DNA of 64,000 bases, taken from an uncultured Candidatus Saccharibacteria bacterium (lineage in GTDB: Bacteria; Patescibacteriota; Minisyncoccia; Phycocordibacterales; UBA9973). Below the pieces are notes generated by a model. It saw only the letters and a list, made by a program, of their open reading frames with translations, made no database searches and was not told where the DNA came from. Positions 45,464 to 56,252 of the stretch are shown here, piece after piece; the first letter of the stretch is position 1, and each line of letters starts with the position of its first letter. Where the stretch lies: the NCBI GenBank assembly GCA_964645245.1, contig CAZYBS010000002.1, positions 18,161 through 82,160 on the forward strand, read 5' to 3'. The position numbers and the translations under genes were made by a program.

Positions 45464-47188
45464 ATGAGTAATATTAGCGAAAAGAGAATATGTACAAATT
45501 GTCGTGGCGAATTTATTATTGAGCCGGATGATTTTGGATTTTATCAGAAAATCAAAGTCCCTCCGCCGACTTTTTGCCCGGAATGCCGATTTCAGCGGCG
45601 ACTAATGTTTAGAAACGAGCGAAGTTTTTACAAAAGGAAATGCGATTTATGCGAAAAGGATATTATCGCATCATATCCTTCCAACACAGCTTTTCCAGTT
45701 TATTGCGTGAAGTGCTGGTGGAGCGATAAGTGGGACCCAACGGGTTATGGTAAGGATTTTAATTTCTCGCGTCCATTTTTTGGACAGTTTAAGGAACTTT
45801 TGCTTCGTGTCCCAGTGCTTTCAATAATGAATGATGATGGCGTGGGAAGCGTAAACTCCGAGTGGTCATATGATTGGGCATTTAGCAAGAATTGTTATCT
45901 TGGAGCGTGCGGCTGGCATGTGCAGAATGGCGCCTATATGTATAATGCGAATTATGATAAGGACGTGGTGGATATCTGGAGTGTAACTAATTCCGAACTT
46001 GTCTATGAGGGTGTTACTTGTGATAACTGCTACAACATAAAATACTGCACTTTGTGTTTTAACTCAAATCACTGTACGCTTGGTTTTGATCTCCGGGGAT
46101 GTTCGGATTGTACAATGTGCGTTGGGCTTCGAAGCGTAAAATATTGCATTCTCAATCAACAGTATTCAAAAGAAGAGTATGAACAAAAAGTGAAAGAATT
46201 GCATCTTGAAAGCCGAAAATCACTTGAGGCGCATATGAAAGAATTTCAAGAGTTAGTTCTTAAGATTCCACGGAAATTCGCATACAATAGTAAAACAATT
46301 AATTCAACAGGCAACAATCTTATTGAGGTGAAAATGTCCAAGGATTGTTTTTTTATCATCGGTCCGACGGAAAATTCACGATTCGTTGTTGTGAATGATA
46401 GGGCTAAAGATTGTTATGACCTTAACAATACTGGCAATACAGAACTATGTTATGAATCAGTTACGCCAGATAACTCGCGCGGAAATAAAAGCACAATATT
46501 TTGCTGGAAATGTGTTGAGGCGGAATATTCAAATAATTGCCATTCCTGTATAAGTGTATTTGGTTCCAGCGGCCTCAAGCACACTTCATATGCAATTCTC
46601 AATAAGCGATATTCCAAAGAAGACTATGTTTCACTTCGCGCGCGTATAATTGAGCACATGAAAACGACGGGTGAATGGGGCGAGTTTTTCCCTCATACAA
46701 TAAGCCCCTTTGCCTACAACGAAACAGCGGCGCTTGAGTGGTTTCCATTGACCAAAGAGAAAGCAATAGCCAAGGGATATTGTTGGAAAGATAACGAAAA
46801 AAGAAACTACATCCCAACCAAAACTATTTCTAATCTTCCAGACACTATTCAAGGGGTTGATGATAATTTTTTAAATGAGATTTTTGAGTGTGCACATAAA
46901 GGTAAATGTGATGAAAGGTGTACTGAAGCATTTCGAATTATTCCCCGGGAACTTCAATTTTACCGTAGAATGAATATTCCTCTTCCTGTGTTGTGCCCTA
47001 ACTGCCGGCATTATCAAAGATTTAAGATTAAAAATCCACCACGACTCTGGCACAGGCAATGTATGTGCGACAAAGAAAATCATTTTCACGGGGCCGGGAA
47101 GTGTCAAGTAGAATTTGAAACAAGCTATGCACCAGACCGGCCGGAGATTGTGTATTGCGAGAAATGCTACCAGCAAGAAGTGTACTGA
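45464..47188 (+). CDS. Cysteine-rich multi-CxxC protein, paralog 5 (singleton)
   Basis: 574 aa with CTNCRGEFIIEPDDFGFYQKIKVPPPTFCPECRFQRRL ... FETSYAPDRPEIVYCEKCYQQEVY. Confidence 0.8.
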   Translation: MSNISEKRICTNCRGEFIIEPDDFGFYQKIKVPPPTFCPECRFQRRLMFRNERSFYKRKCDLCEKDIIASYPSNTAFPVYCVKCWWSDKWDPTGYGKDFNFSRPFFGQFKELLLRVPVLSIMNDDGVGSVNSEWSYDWAFSKNCYLGACGWHVQNGAYMYNANYDKDVVDIWSVTNSELVYEGVTCDNCYNIKYCTLCFNSNHCTLGFDLRGCSDCTMCVGLRSVKYCILNQQYSKEEYEQKVKELHLESRKSLEAHMKEFQELVLKIPRKFAYNSKTINSTGNNLIEVKMSKDCFFIIGPTENSRFVVVNDRAKDCYDLNNTGNTELCYESVTPDNSRGNKSTIFCWKCVEAEYSNNCHSCISVFGSSGLKHTSYAILNKRYSKEDYVSLRARIIEHMKTTGEWGEFFPHTISPFAYNETAALEWFPLTKEKAIAKGYCWKDNEKRNYIPTKTISNLPDTIQGVDDNFLNEIFECAHKGKCDERCTEAFRIIPRELQFYRRMNIPLPVLCPNCRHYQRFKIKNPPRLWHRQCMCDKENHFHGAGKCQVEFETSYAPDRPEIVYCEKCYQQEVY

Positions 47189-47189
47189 T

Positions 47190-47257
47190 ATCTCTAATTC
47201 CTGCCAGAGGCAGGCAAACGCGCCTGTCCGCCTTTGGTGGAAATAGGCGAATGGTTA
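47190..47257. repeat. Intergenic repeat R1 copy 3, carrying a 43-bp GC-rich hairpin insert (CCTGCCAGAGGCAGG...)
   Basis: ATCTCTAATTC ... AATAGGCGAATGGTTAT matches the ends of copy 1, with foreign sequence in place of the central GCGCG. Confidence 0.5.
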
Positions 47258-47297
47258 TATATGTATAAGATTTCTGCATATGCGGATTTTCTGTACA

Positions 47298-48119
47298 CTA
47301 CAAACAAGCTGGGTTGATGGCTAAAACATAGCCATTGATTAGATTAAGAGAGGGCACATAGGCATCCCCCAAGAAACCTTTGATGTCTTCATCTTTTATC
47401 AAAGTTTTATATTCTTCCATAAAAACTCTCGCGAGCGGCAAGTAGGACCAATGCCATTTTTCTTCATTGTAGCCGGTCGGTCTGATACTACCTTTTAAGT
47501 TATAAGTCTGGCAAAAGCCGAAACGGTAAGCATTTTGAGCGAGCCATTCATATTCCTTTTCACCTTTTTCCGAATCAAAGTATGAAAGATTTGCATCGTT
47601 GATATCTATCTCGGTGCCCCAGTGATGTCTGGATGTGCCCGGCACGGCGCTGTATTCTAATATTTTTTTGAATCTTTCCTGTCCATCAGGAATTTCAATA
47701 CTTAGATTTTGTCCATCAACAAATGTGGCTCCAGACCACTTGTTATCCCAAATGTTTTTTTGATAAATAAAGTTTCTGGTGGCGGAAGCGATTTTTAAAT
47801 CTATATTGTCAAGGTCTGCAGCGCTTCGCATTTGCAAATATGCTTCATACGTTTCTTTTCTTAAGTACATTTTATTCTTTTCCTGTCCGCCCACTGCATA
47901 TTGCGGCGGGATCAAAACAAAATCTTCCCTTTGTGCCGGGTCAAATTTGCCCGTCAAATAAATTTTTTCTTTTTCATTTAAATATTTCTGATAATTTTCT
48001 TCATTCTCTTTTTTCTGTCTCAGGTTCAAGAAATCCGAAGTAAAGTAAGGTGTGAATATAAGAAATACTAAAGAGAAAGTTGCCAGAGATAATGTAATTT
48101 TTGAAATGTACTTTTCCAC
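47298..48119 (-). CDS. VanY-like M15B D,D-carboxypeptidase family protein (membrane anchored)
   Basis: SAVPGTSRHHWGTEIDIN (SxHxxGxAxD-like) and an N-terminal TM. Confidence 0.6.
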   Translation of the reverse strand: MEKYISKITLSLATFSLVFLIFTPYFTSDFLNLRQKKENEENYQKYLNEKEKIYLTGKFDPAQREDFVLIPPQYAVGGQEKNKMYLRKETYEAYLQMRSAADLDNIDLKIASATRNFIYQKNIWDNKWSGATFVDGQNLSIEIPDGQERFKKILEYSAVPGTSRHHWGTEIDINDANLSYFDSEKGEKEYEWLAQNAYRFGFCQTYNLKGSIRPTGYNEEKWHWSYLPLARVFMEEYKTLIKDEDIKGFLGDAYVPSLNLINGYVLAINPACL

Positions 48120-48173
48120 TTAAAAACAATAACATATTGACACATTTTAATCAAAAAATGCTATAGTTTATAG

Positions 48174-49226
48174 ATGTATTTGGACTTAGTTAAGATTTTT
48201 GTGCCGACTGCTCTAGCCTTTTTTCTCGGCCTTTTATTTACGCCAATTGCGACCCATTTTTTCTATAAATATAAAATGTGGAAAAAGTATTCTAGAAACG
48301 CCGATACTGTTGCAGATTTCACAAAAATACACAATGAAAAAGAAGAACTCCGGACGCCGCGCGTCGGCGGGATGATAATCTGGATTTCCGTCCTTTCAAC
48401 GACACTTATTTTTTATTTAATATCAGTTTTATTTCCCTCGGCCAACAGTGCTAAAATGAATTTCCTAAGCCGAAATCAGACCCTGATACCCCTTTTTACG
48501 CTTCTGGTCGGGTCACTTATCGGACTTTGGGACGATTTTATTCAAATTTATGGGACAAGCAAATTTGCCCGCGATGATGCTTCTTGGCGCAAATGGAAAG
48601 CTTTTCTAGTGGCATTGATGTCTCTTTTGATCGGTCTTTGGTTTTTTTATAAATTAGGCATGACCTCGTTGCATGTTCCATTTATCGGAGAAATGTATTT
48701 AGGTATTTTAATTATTCCATTTTTTATAATGGTTGCGCTGGCGACTTTCTCCGGAGGAGTGATTGATGGAATAGATGGGCTCTCCGGAGGAGTTCTAGCT
48801 TCCATTTTTGCCGCCTACTCGGCTATCGCCTATGCCAACAATCAAATAGACCTTGCCGCCTTTTCGGGAGTTATCACCGGAGCGAGCCTGGCATTTCTTT
48901 GGTTTAATATTCCGCCGGCCAGGTTTTACATGGGTGAGACGGGCATCATGGGACTGACCATTACTCTAGCGACCCTGGCATTTTTAACTGATTCAGTTTT
49001 AATTCTTCCGATTGTCGCATTGCCTCTGGTCCTAACATCCGGCTCAGTTATTTTACAAATGTTTTCAAAAAAATTAAGAGGAGGCAAAAGATTATTTAAA
49101 CTCTCTCCGATCCATCACCACTTTGAGGCAATTGGCTGGTCATCTTATAAAGTTACCATGCGTTTTTGGGTTTTATCAGTCGTCTTTGCCATTATTGGTA
49201 TAATTTTAGCAATTATAAGCAGATGA
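48174..49226 (+). CDS. mraY: Phospho-N-acetylmuramoyl-pentapeptide transferase
   Basis: DD motif GLWDDFIQI and VIDGIDGLSGG (NxxNxxDGxDGL) within a 10-TM architecture; it sits next to ftsW and murG. Confidence 0.85.
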   Translation: MYLDLVKIFVPTALAFFLGLLFTPIATHFFYKYKMWKKYSRNADTVADFTKIHNEKEELRTPRVGGMIIWISVLSTTLIFYLISVLFPSANSAKMNFLSRNQTLIPLFTLLVGSLIGLWDDFIQIYGTSKFARDDASWRKWKAFLVALMSLLIGLWFFYKLGMTSLHVPFIGEMYLGILIIPFFIMVALATFSGGVIDGIDGLSGGVLASIFAAYSAIAYANNQIDLAAFSGVITGASLAFLWFNIPPARFYMGETGIMGLTITLATLAFLTDSVLILPIVALPLVLTSGSVILQMFSKKLRGGKRLFKLSPIHHHFEAIGWSSYKVTMRFWVLSVVFAIIGIILAIISR

Positions 49227-49269
49227 CCCTTCGACATGAACTCAGGGTCATGGTGAGTAACATCGAACC

Positions 49270-50373
49270 ATGAAAGAAAAAAAGATAGACAGATTTTTTT
49301 TAATAATCGTCGGCCTTCTTATTACTCTTGGAATTGCCATGTTTGTTTCCGCCTCCTTGGGAATTTTAGCCAAAAATGAAAAGATTTTTTATTCAGTGCT
49401 TTTTAGCCAGTTAGTTCTGGGTCTGGGTGCAGGACTGCTTGGCCTGTATATTTGTTTAAAAATAAGCTACAAGTTCTGGCGCAAATATGCTTTTTTTATT
49501 TTCTTGGGAGCAATATTGCTGACGGCGTCGGTTTTTATTCCTGATTTAGGCTGGAGTCATGGGGGAGCATTAAGATGGATAAAACTCGGACCAGTATCTT
49601 TTCAGCCAGTGGAAATTTTAAAATTTGGCTTTATTATTTATTTTGCCGCCTGGTTGTCTTGGGCTAAAAACAGAGTGCAGGATTTTAAATTCGGAATTTT
49701 ACCACTTTGCGTAATGCTGGCAATTATCGCTGTAATTTTGCTTAAACAGCCTGATACTAAAAGTTTTATTTTAATTGCCCTGACTGGAATCTCCATGCTT
49801 TTTATTTCCGGTGTTCCGATGAAATATATTTTAGGCGTCGGAGCCGTGGGTCTGCTGATTCTAATATCTCTGGTATTTTTTACGCCGTATCTTCAAGAAC
49901 GGGTAAAAACTTTCATTGATCCGTCACAAGATCCGCGAGGGTCTTCTTACCAAATTCAGCAGTCGCTCATTGCCCTGGGGTCGGGCGGAGTATTCGGGCG
50001 GGGGTTTGGGCAAAGTATTCAAAAATTCAGTTATCTTCCGGAGCCGCAAGGGGATTCTATTTTTGCCGTTTTGGGCGAGGAGCTCGGTTTCGTCGGGGCG
50101 GTAGGGACAATCATGCTTTACCTATTGTTTGCCTTGCGCGGATTTCGCGTTGCTAATAATTCCCCGGACCTCTTCGGTAGACTTTTGGTCTCCGGAATTG
50201 TTATACTGATTACCGTGCAGTCATTTATGCATATTGCTGCTATTACCGGAGTTTTTCCGCTAACGGGAGTGCCTTTAGTTTTTATGAGCCATGGAGGTAC
50301 TTCACTGATGGTATATCTGGCGGTGATGGGTATCGTGCTACAAGTATCAAAATATAACAAAAATCAATCATGA
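49270..50373 (+). CDS. ftsW: SEDS-family peptidoglycan glycosyltransferase FtsW/RodA
   Basis: 367 aa polytopic protein with a SEDS pattern, located between mraY and murG. Confidence 0.8.
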   Translation: MKEKKIDRFFLIIVGLLITLGIAMFVSASLGILAKNEKIFYSVLFSQLVLGLGAGLLGLYICLKISYKFWRKYAFFIFLGAILLTASVFIPDLGWSHGGALRWIKLGPVSFQPVEILKFGFIIYFAAWLSWAKNRVQDFKFGILPLCVMLAIIAVILLKQPDTKSFILIALTGISMLFISGVPMKYILGVGAVGLLILISLVFFTPYLQERVKTFIDPSQDPRGSSYQIQQSLIALGSGGVFGRGFGQSIQKFSYLPEPQGDSIFAVLGEELGFVGAVGTIMLYLLFALRGFRVANNSPDLFGRLLVSGIVILITVQSFMHIAAITGVFPLTGVPLVFMSHGGTSLMVYLAVMGIVLQVSKYNKNQS

Positions 50374-51500
50374 AAATAGTTTTTACAGGCGGAGGGACAG
50401 GCGGGCACTTTTATCCGATTATCGCTGTCGCTCAAAAAGTCAATCAAATAATAGACCATGAAAATATACTAGGAGCCAAGCTTTATTATATTTCCGACAG
50501 CCCCTATGACAAGGAAATGCTTTTTGAGAATGGGCTTTTATATGAAGAAATAAATACCGGCAAAATGCGCACTTATTTTTCCCTGAAAAATTTTTCCGAT
50601 ATTTTAAAAGTTTTTTTTGGCGTTATCAACGCGCTTTTCAAAATGTTCTCAATTTATCCGGATGTTGTTTTCGGCAAAGGCGGATATGCTTCATTTCCAA
50701 CAATTTTTGCCGCCAGAATTTTACGTATTCCCGTGGTAATTCACGAATCAGATTCCGCTCCCGGCCGAGTAAATAAGTGGGCTGGTCATTTTGCTAAAAA
50801 AGTCGCTGTTTCTTTTATAGAAACGGCGGATTATTTTCCGAAAAAAAATGTTGCTTGGATGGGTCAACCTATCAGAACGGAAATAGAAAATCCCGCTTTA
50901 CGCAAGGAAGCGCTTGAATATTTTAAACTAGAGTCAGACCCGCCGGTTATATTAGTTTTAGGAGGTTCTCAAGGCGCCGAACTTATCAATAACACCACTT
51001 TAGACGCGCTGCCCAGACTGGTTAAAAATTATCAGATTATTCATCAAACGGGCGTCAGAAATTTTAAAATGGTTACGGACAGAGCCGAAGTTGCACTAAC
51101 TGACAATCAACATAAATTAAGATATTTATCTGTGCCTTTTCTCAGTCCTCTGCCTCTGAAAATGGCTGCCGGCGCGGCAGCTATCATCATTTCCAGAGCC
51201 GGTTCAATGTTATTTGAAATAGCTTCTTGGGGCGTGCCATCTATTTTAGTGCCGATAACAAATACAAATATGGACCATCAAAAAAAGAATGCTTTTAATT
51301 ATGCTCGGGCGGGAGCTTGCAGTGTAGTTGAGGAGATGAATATGACGGCTAATATTTTAAGTTCAGAGATTGAAAGAATAATAGAAGACAAAGCGGGCTA
51401 CAAACAAATGGCGCTAAACGCGAAAGCCTTCAATAAACCTGACGCTGCTATGAAAATTGCCCGCGCCTTAGTAAATATGGCTTTGAGCCACGAGAAATAA
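50370..51500 (+). CDS. murG: UDP-GlcNAc:undecaprenyl-PP-MurNAc-pentapeptide GlcNAc transferase
   Basis: MKIVFTGGGTGGHFYP and a GT28 architecture. Confidence 0.9.
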   Translation: MKIVFTGGGTGGHFYPIIAVAQKVNQIIDHENILGAKLYYISDSPYDKEMLFENGLLYEEINTGKMRTYFSLKNFSDILKVFFGVINALFKMFSIYPDVVFGKGGYASFPTIFAARILRIPVVIHESDSAPGRVNKWAGHFAKKVAVSFIETADYFPKKNVAWMGQPIRTEIENPALRKEALEYFKLESDPPVILVLGGSQGAELINNTTLDALPRLVKNYQIIHQTGVRNFKMVTDRAEVALTDNQHKLRYLSVPFLSPLPLKMAAGAAAIIISRAGSMLFEIASWGVPSILVPITNTNMDHQKKNAFNYARAGACSVVEEMNMTANILSSEIERIIEDKAGYKQMALNAKAFNKPDAAMKIARALVNMALSHEK

Positions 51501-51516
51501 ATGCTAAAATGGTTTT

Positions 51517-52845
51517 ATGCGGGAAAAAGTTACAGAGAAAGTTGTTACCCGGATGCCGCCATCGCCGACCGGATTGTTTCATATTGGGTCTGTCAGGACC
51601 GCTCTATATAATTATTTATATGCCAGGCAGAATGGTGGGAAATTTATATTGAGAATAGAAGACACAGACAGAGAAAGATCAAAAAAAGAGTTTGAAGATA
51701 ATATTGTTGAGTCTTTTAAATGGTTGAAAATGCCGTATCAAGAATTTTACCGGCAATCGGAAAGAACGGAAATTTATAAAGAATATTTAAAAAAATTAAT
51801 TGAGCAAAATTTGGCTTATATCTCTAAAGAAGAGCCAAAAGACGAGGGCGAGAGGGGAGAGGTCATAAGATTTAAGAACCCGAATAAAAAAATAAAATTT
51901 AGTGATTTGGTTTTGGGTGAAATTGAATTTAACACGACTGATCTTAAAGATTTTGTTCTGGCGAAAGATTTGGATACTCCGCTTTATCATTTTGCGGTAG
52001 TGGTGGACGATATGGAGATGGGAGTAACTCATGTGATCCGCGGACAGGACCTTATTTCCAGCACCCCAAGGCAGATTTTAATACTAGAAGCCCTGGGCGG
52101 GGAGAGACCTCAATATGCGCACATTCCTCTTATCCTTTCTCCCGACAAGTCCAAGCTTTCCAAGAGGCATGGAGCTTTGTCAGCCTTGGAATATAAGGAA
52201 ATAGGATATCTACCAGAAGCTATATTAAATTTTGTTGCTTTGATTGGCTGGAATCCAGGCACTCCCAAAGAAATTTTTACCTTAGAAGAGTTAACGAAGG
52301 AATTTAGTATAGAAAAGATACACAAGAGCGGGGGAGTATTCAATATTGAAAAATTAAACTGGCTCAACAAAGAACACATCAAATTGCTTCCACCAGAAGA
52401 AATAGAAAAGAATATTCTTAAGTATTTGCCGGACAATATGCGCAATCCTAAACTTGTCCCTATTATTTTTGAACGGATTTCAAAATGGGGCGATATAAAA
52501 GAAATGGTTCAAAGAGGGGAGTTGGATTTCTTTTTTAAACAACCGGAATATGGCAAGGAAGAATTTAGGGAAAAGCTTGTTTATAAGAATTCAGGAATGG
52601 AGAAAACTGTTCATAATTTAAAAATAGCGATTAAAGCACTGGAAAACTTAGATGAAGGAAACTTTACCGCCGAGAATATAAAGAACACTTTAATGTTAAT
52701 AGCCGACGCGCAGGCTAATCGAGGCGAATTATTGCATCCGGTGCGTTTTGCTCTCTCTGGAAAGGAAAAATCGCCTGATCCGTTCATAATAGCTTCTATA
52801 ATAGGAAAAAATGAAACTTTATCACGCTTACAAAAAGCAATTTAG
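51517..52845 (+). CDS. gltX: Glutamyl-tRNA synthetase
   Basis: HIGH-type motif PSPTGLFHIGSVRTALYNY and KLSKR. Confidence 0.9.
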   Translation: MREKVTEKVVTRMPPSPTGLFHIGSVRTALYNYLYARQNGGKFILRIEDTDRERSKKEFEDNIVESFKWLKMPYQEFYRQSERTEIYKEYLKKLIEQNLAYISKEEPKDEGERGEVIRFKNPNKKIKFSDLVLGEIEFNTTDLKDFVLAKDLDTPLYHFAVVVDDMEMGVTHVIRGQDLISSTPRQILILEALGGERPQYAHIPLILSPDKSKLSKRHGALSALEYKEIGYLPEAILNFVALIGWNPGTPKEIFTLEELTKEFSIEKIHKSGGVFNIEKLNWLNKEHIKLLPPEEIEKNILKYLPDNMRNPKLVPIIFERISKWGDIKEMVQRGELDFFFKQPEYGKEEFREKLVYKNSGMEKTVHNLKIAIKALENLDEGNFTAENIKNTLMLIADAQANRGELLHPVRFALSGKEKSPDPFIIASIIGKNETLSRLQKAI

Positions 52846-54094
52846 CATAATAGTTTTGATAATTCTCCTGATAGCTCCGACTGTTTTTACTTATGCGCAA
52901 ACGGCCCTGGATCTGCAAAATAAAATAAGCCAAAAAGATGCCGATATAGCCAAGCTGGAAGAAGAAATAAAAGCCTATCAAATAGAACTTGATAATTTAG
53001 AAAAACAAAAAAGTTCTCTGTCCGGCTCGATTAAGCAACTTGATTTAATTAGAAAAAAATTAGTAGCTGATATAAACGTAACTCAAAAAAAAATTGATAA
53101 AACAAATCTTAAAATACAAAATTTAAGCTCCAACATAAGTAATAAACAGGATATTATAACCAACCACCTAGAATCTATTAAGTTGGAGATTCGAAAAACC
53201 AATGAATTTGAACTTGAATCTATATTGGAAACTATACTGTCGGAAAATGATTTTACAATAATTTGGAACGATCTAGACAACATAGTTACTGTTCGGGAAA
53301 AAATTAGAAAAGATATAATTAAATTAAAGCAGATAAAAGGTGAGTTGGAAGACACTAGAAAAGAAACTGTTAATGCCAAAAATGAACTTACCAGGCTTAA
53401 GTCCAAGCTTTCGGATCAACAAAAAATAGTAATACAAAATACCAATGAGAAGAATAGACTTCTGAAACAGACAAAAAACAATGAAACCAATTATCAAAAA
53501 CTACTCAAAGACCGAATCGCCAAAAGGGATGCGTTTGAGCAAGAATTGCGCGATTATGAAGCGCAACTGCAATTTATTCTGGATCCGTCCAAGCTGCCTT
53601 CCGGCGGGGTTTTAAGCTGGCCATTAGAAAAGATATTTATAACTCAGCTTTTTGGCAAAACGGTCGATTCTAAGCGCCTTTACGCTTCTGGCACGCACAA
53701 TGGCGTGGACTTTCGTGCGTCTTTTGCTACTCCGGTTATGGCTATGGCAGATGGCCTGGTCTTGGGTACAGGGGACACAGATTTAACTTGTTCCGGAGCC
53801 TCTTTTGGAAAATTTATTTTTATTAAATACAATAATGGACTTTCCAGTACCTTTGGTCATCTTTCGCTGATAAAAATGGGTGAGGGAGATCAGGTAAAAA
53901 GAGGGGAGATAGTGGCTTATAGTGGCAATACGGGTCACACGACGGGCCCGCATCTGCACGTTTCTTTATACGCATCGGAAGCGGTTAAAATGGAGTCTAG
54001 GCCAAGTAAAGCTTGTGATGGGCGTGTTTATAGATTGCCGGTTGCGGCGGTGAACGCTTATCTGGACGCGCTGTACTATTTACCTCGTTTATAG
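52811..54094 (+). CDS. M23 peptidase with an N-terminal coiled coil (EnvC/NlpD-like)
   Basis: Signal peptide, long coiled coil, HNGVDF...GNTGHTTGPHLHVSLY. Confidence 0.8.
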   Translation: MKLYHAYKKQFSIIVLIILLIAPTVFTYAQTALDLQNKISQKDADIAKLEEEIKAYQIELDNLEKQKSSLSGSIKQLDLIRKKLVADINVTQKKIDKTNLKIQNLSSNISNKQDIITNHLESIKLEIRKTNEFELESILETILSENDFTIIWNDLDNIVTVREKIRKDIIKLKQIKGELEDTRKETVNAKNELTRLKSKLSDQQKIVIQNTNEKNRLLKQTKNNETNYQKLLKDRIAKRDAFEQELRDYEAQLQFILDPSKLPSGGVLSWPLEKIFITQLFGKTVDSKRLYASGTHNGVDFRASFATPVMAMADGLVLGTGDTDLTCSGASFGKFIFIKYNNGLSSTFGHLSLIKMGEGDQVKRGEIVAYSGNTGHTTGPHLHVSLYASEAVKMESRPSKACDGRVYRLPVAAVNAYLDALYYLPRL

Positions 54095-54109
54095 TATAAT
54101 CCATAGATT

Positions 54110-54277
54110 ATGAAAAATATTATGAGAAATAAGAAAGGGGGTTTTTTACAATTAATAATAATTATCGTTGTCGCTTTTCTTTTATTGCGTTATTTTAATA
54201 TTACCGTAGCTCAAATTTTAGGTTACGTATCTCAAGCGATTGATTGGCTCAAGGGTCTGTTTAATAGTGTTCAATAA
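54110..54277 (+). CDS. Possible small membrane protein (55 aa), not in the ORF track
   Basis: MKNIMRNKKGGFLQLIIIIVVAFLLLRYFNITVAQILGYVSQAIDWLKGLFNSVQ; a ~15-bp inverted repeat (54290-54330) follows. Confidence 0.3.
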   Translation: MKNIMRNKKGGFLQLIIIIVVAFLLLRYFNITVAQILGYVSQAIDWLKGLFNSVQ

Positions 54278-54345
54278 ATAGCCTACCGGAATATGTTTTA
54301 GGTCGTATAACGACCCAAAACATATATTGTGCGACGTGGTATATT

Positions 54346-54702
54346 CTATCTGCAGGAGCTGGAAAGCTCATACCCTGCCCGCTCGGCTTCTTCTCTAGTT
54401 GCAAAATAAATTTTGTTTTCTTGTTTAATTATTTTACCGGCCGAGCAGCCGATGGAATAATATTTGCTTCCCCTGTTTGAGGCGAAAAAAGTTTTGCCGG
54501 TTGAAGATGAAAGAATATTCGCTTCTTGTTCGCTATTTTGTAATAAGTATTCTTTGGGATATTCTATTTTTATACCCGGGTTTTCATTCCCCTTAGATAG
54601 TCTGCCTAGCCCGAATGAGCCCAAACCGACTAAAATTACGATGATAACGATTAAAATGTCTTTCCCCTTCTCGCTTTCCAAAAATAACTTGATTTTTTCC
54701 AT
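54346..54702 (-). CDS. Hypothetical membrane-anchored protein with a Cys-containing C-terminal domain
   Basis: N-terminal TM and C-terminal YYSIGCSAGKIIKQENKIYFATREEAERAGYELSSSC. Confidence 0.45.
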   Translation of the reverse strand: MEKIKLFLESEKGKDILIVIIVILVGLGSFGLGRLSKGNENPGIKIEYPKEYLLQNSEQEANILSSSTGKTFFASNRGSKYYSIGCSAGKIIKQENKIYFATREEAERAGYELSSSCR

Positions 54703-54768
54703 AGAATTGTTATACTCTTAATTGTTTTTATTATAAACTAGAACCTAGAACCTAACAACTAATTTACC

Positions 54769-55041
54769 ATGGCACATAGAAAAGCCGGCGGAACGGCCAA
54801 AAACTTAAGAGATTCAAATCCCAAATACCTCGGTATTAAGCTGGCGGATGGCCAAAAGGCCCAATCTGGCTCTATTATCGTCCGCCAGCGCGGTACGGTC
54901 GTTATGGCGGGCAATAACGTCTCTATAGGCCGTGATCATACCCTTTTCGCTCTCAAGCCCGGCACCGTCAAATTCGGCTCTCGTCGCAAGATTTCCTTCA
55001 ACGGCAGAATGATAGTAAAAAAAGTGGTGAATGTAGTATAA
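54769..55041 (+). CDS. rpmA: 50S ribosomal protein L27
   Basis: [24 protein letters not shown]...IIVRQRGT...GRDHTLFAL. Confidence 0.92.
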   Translation: MAHRKAGGTAKNLRDSNPKYLGIKLADGQKAQSGSIIVRQRGTVVMAGNNVSIGRDHTLFALKPGTVKFGSRRKISFNGRMIVKKVVNVV

Positions 55042-55104
55042 TACTAGCAACCCGCCTTAGTTCGTTCGTTTCCTTTCCGGGCCTAATTGTGAGGGAATCG
55101 GATG

Positions 55105-55200
55105 GATTTCCTTACTCTGGTAGTCCCCTTTGCCCTGCTCCCTAGTCTCCTGACTAGATTCGAGCGGGGCTTCCTTTTTATACAAATTATTTTCCACTTT
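55105..55200 (+). terminator. Nested hairpin (GCCCTGCTC[CTAGTC-TCCT-GACTAG]...GAGCGGGGC) plus a T-run after rpmA
   Basis: Read directly. Confidence 0.35.
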
Positions 55201-55246
55201 AGTTTAATAAAGTCGTTAGACTGGAACTTCTTGATCAAAAGGTAAA

Positions 55247-55789
55247 TTAATTGATTTCTTTTAATAATTCAGGTATCGTATCAACCTTTTTACCAAAGTG
55301 TCCTCTATCATCAAATTCTAAGAATTTTGCATTTAAACCTTGGGCATTTTCCTCCCCTGCCTTAAATGGTACCCATTCATCGTCACGCGAATGAAGAACA
55401 ACAAAATTATCGCAATGCGATTTTATTTTTTTGAAATTATATCCCTCCTTTGTAAAAAAGCCCTTACTGTTTTCCGTCTCGTTCATCTTTTCTGAATTTC
55501 CTGAATTGGTTCCAATTAAAATAACTTTATGGACTTTTCTATTTGTAGGAAGTTTTTCCAACCATCTTAGAATAGCAACACCTCCGCGAGAGTGTCCAAC
55601 TAGAATTGTATCCTTATCTGGGTTTGTTTTTTCTAATATTGAAATCCATTTATCAATATTTGGATCATGAGGATCGGGTAATATGGGAGAACTAAAATCC
55701 ATTCCTAGATTTTTAATTTCTTTTGCAAACCACGGATACCATTTCTGGTTTGGATCTGTATCTTTGCCATGCATTAAAGTTACTTTCAT
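55247..55789 (-). CDS. Alpha/beta hydrolase, RBBP9/YdeN-like serine esterase
   Basis: GHSRGG nucleophile elbow; 180 aa. Confidence 0.6.
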   Translation of the reverse strand: MKVTLMHGKDTDPNQKWYPWFAKEIKNLGMDFSSPILPDPHDPNIDKWISILEKTNPDKDTILVGHSRGGVAILRWLEKLPTNRKVHKVILIGTNSGNSEKMNETENSKGFFTKEGYNFKKIKSHCDNFVVLHSRDDEWVPFKAGEENAQGLNAKFLEFDDRGHFGKKVDTIPELLKEIN

Positions 55790-55792
55790 AAT

Positions 55793-56236
55793 TTAAATTC
55801 CTTCCACTACTAGCCTAAACGAAGATTTTTTGTCTTTAATGGAAATCGGAATTTCGAACTCCCCTACTGCTTTAATCGGTTTTTCTAGAACGATAAATTC
55901 TTCGCTAATGTCCGCATGATGCTCAGCGTGCATGGCTTCCATGATTTCTTTTTTATGAATTGCGGAAAAGAGATGCCCTTGTTCATTGGCTTTGCCTTTG
56001 ATGGTAATAGTTTTGCCTTTTATTTCCTCTAAATTTTTCATTAAAAGATCTTCTTGCACTTCCCTTTCCAGTATGATTTCCTTCTGGCGCATTTCCAGCT
56101 CGGCTATGGCTCTCGGCGTGGCATTTTGCGCCAATTTTCTGGGCAATAAAAAATTCATGGCATAACCGTCATTTACTTCTTTGATATCATACTTTTTCCC
56201 TACCCTGGGCACGTCTTTTAAAAATATTACTCGCAT
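55793..56236 (-). CDS. rplI: 50S ribosomal protein L9
   Basis: MRVIFLKDVPRVGKKYDIKEVNDGYAMNFLLPRKLA. Confidence 0.9.
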   Translation of the reverse strand: MRVIFLKDVPRVGKKYDIKEVNDGYAMNFLLPRKLAQNATPRAIAELEMRQKEIILEREVQEDLLMKNLEEIKGKTITIKGKANEQGHLFSAIHKKEIMEAMHAEHHADISEEFIVLEKPIKAVGEFEIPISIKDKKSSFRLVVEGI

Positions 56237-56252
56237 AATTAGGTTCTAGGTT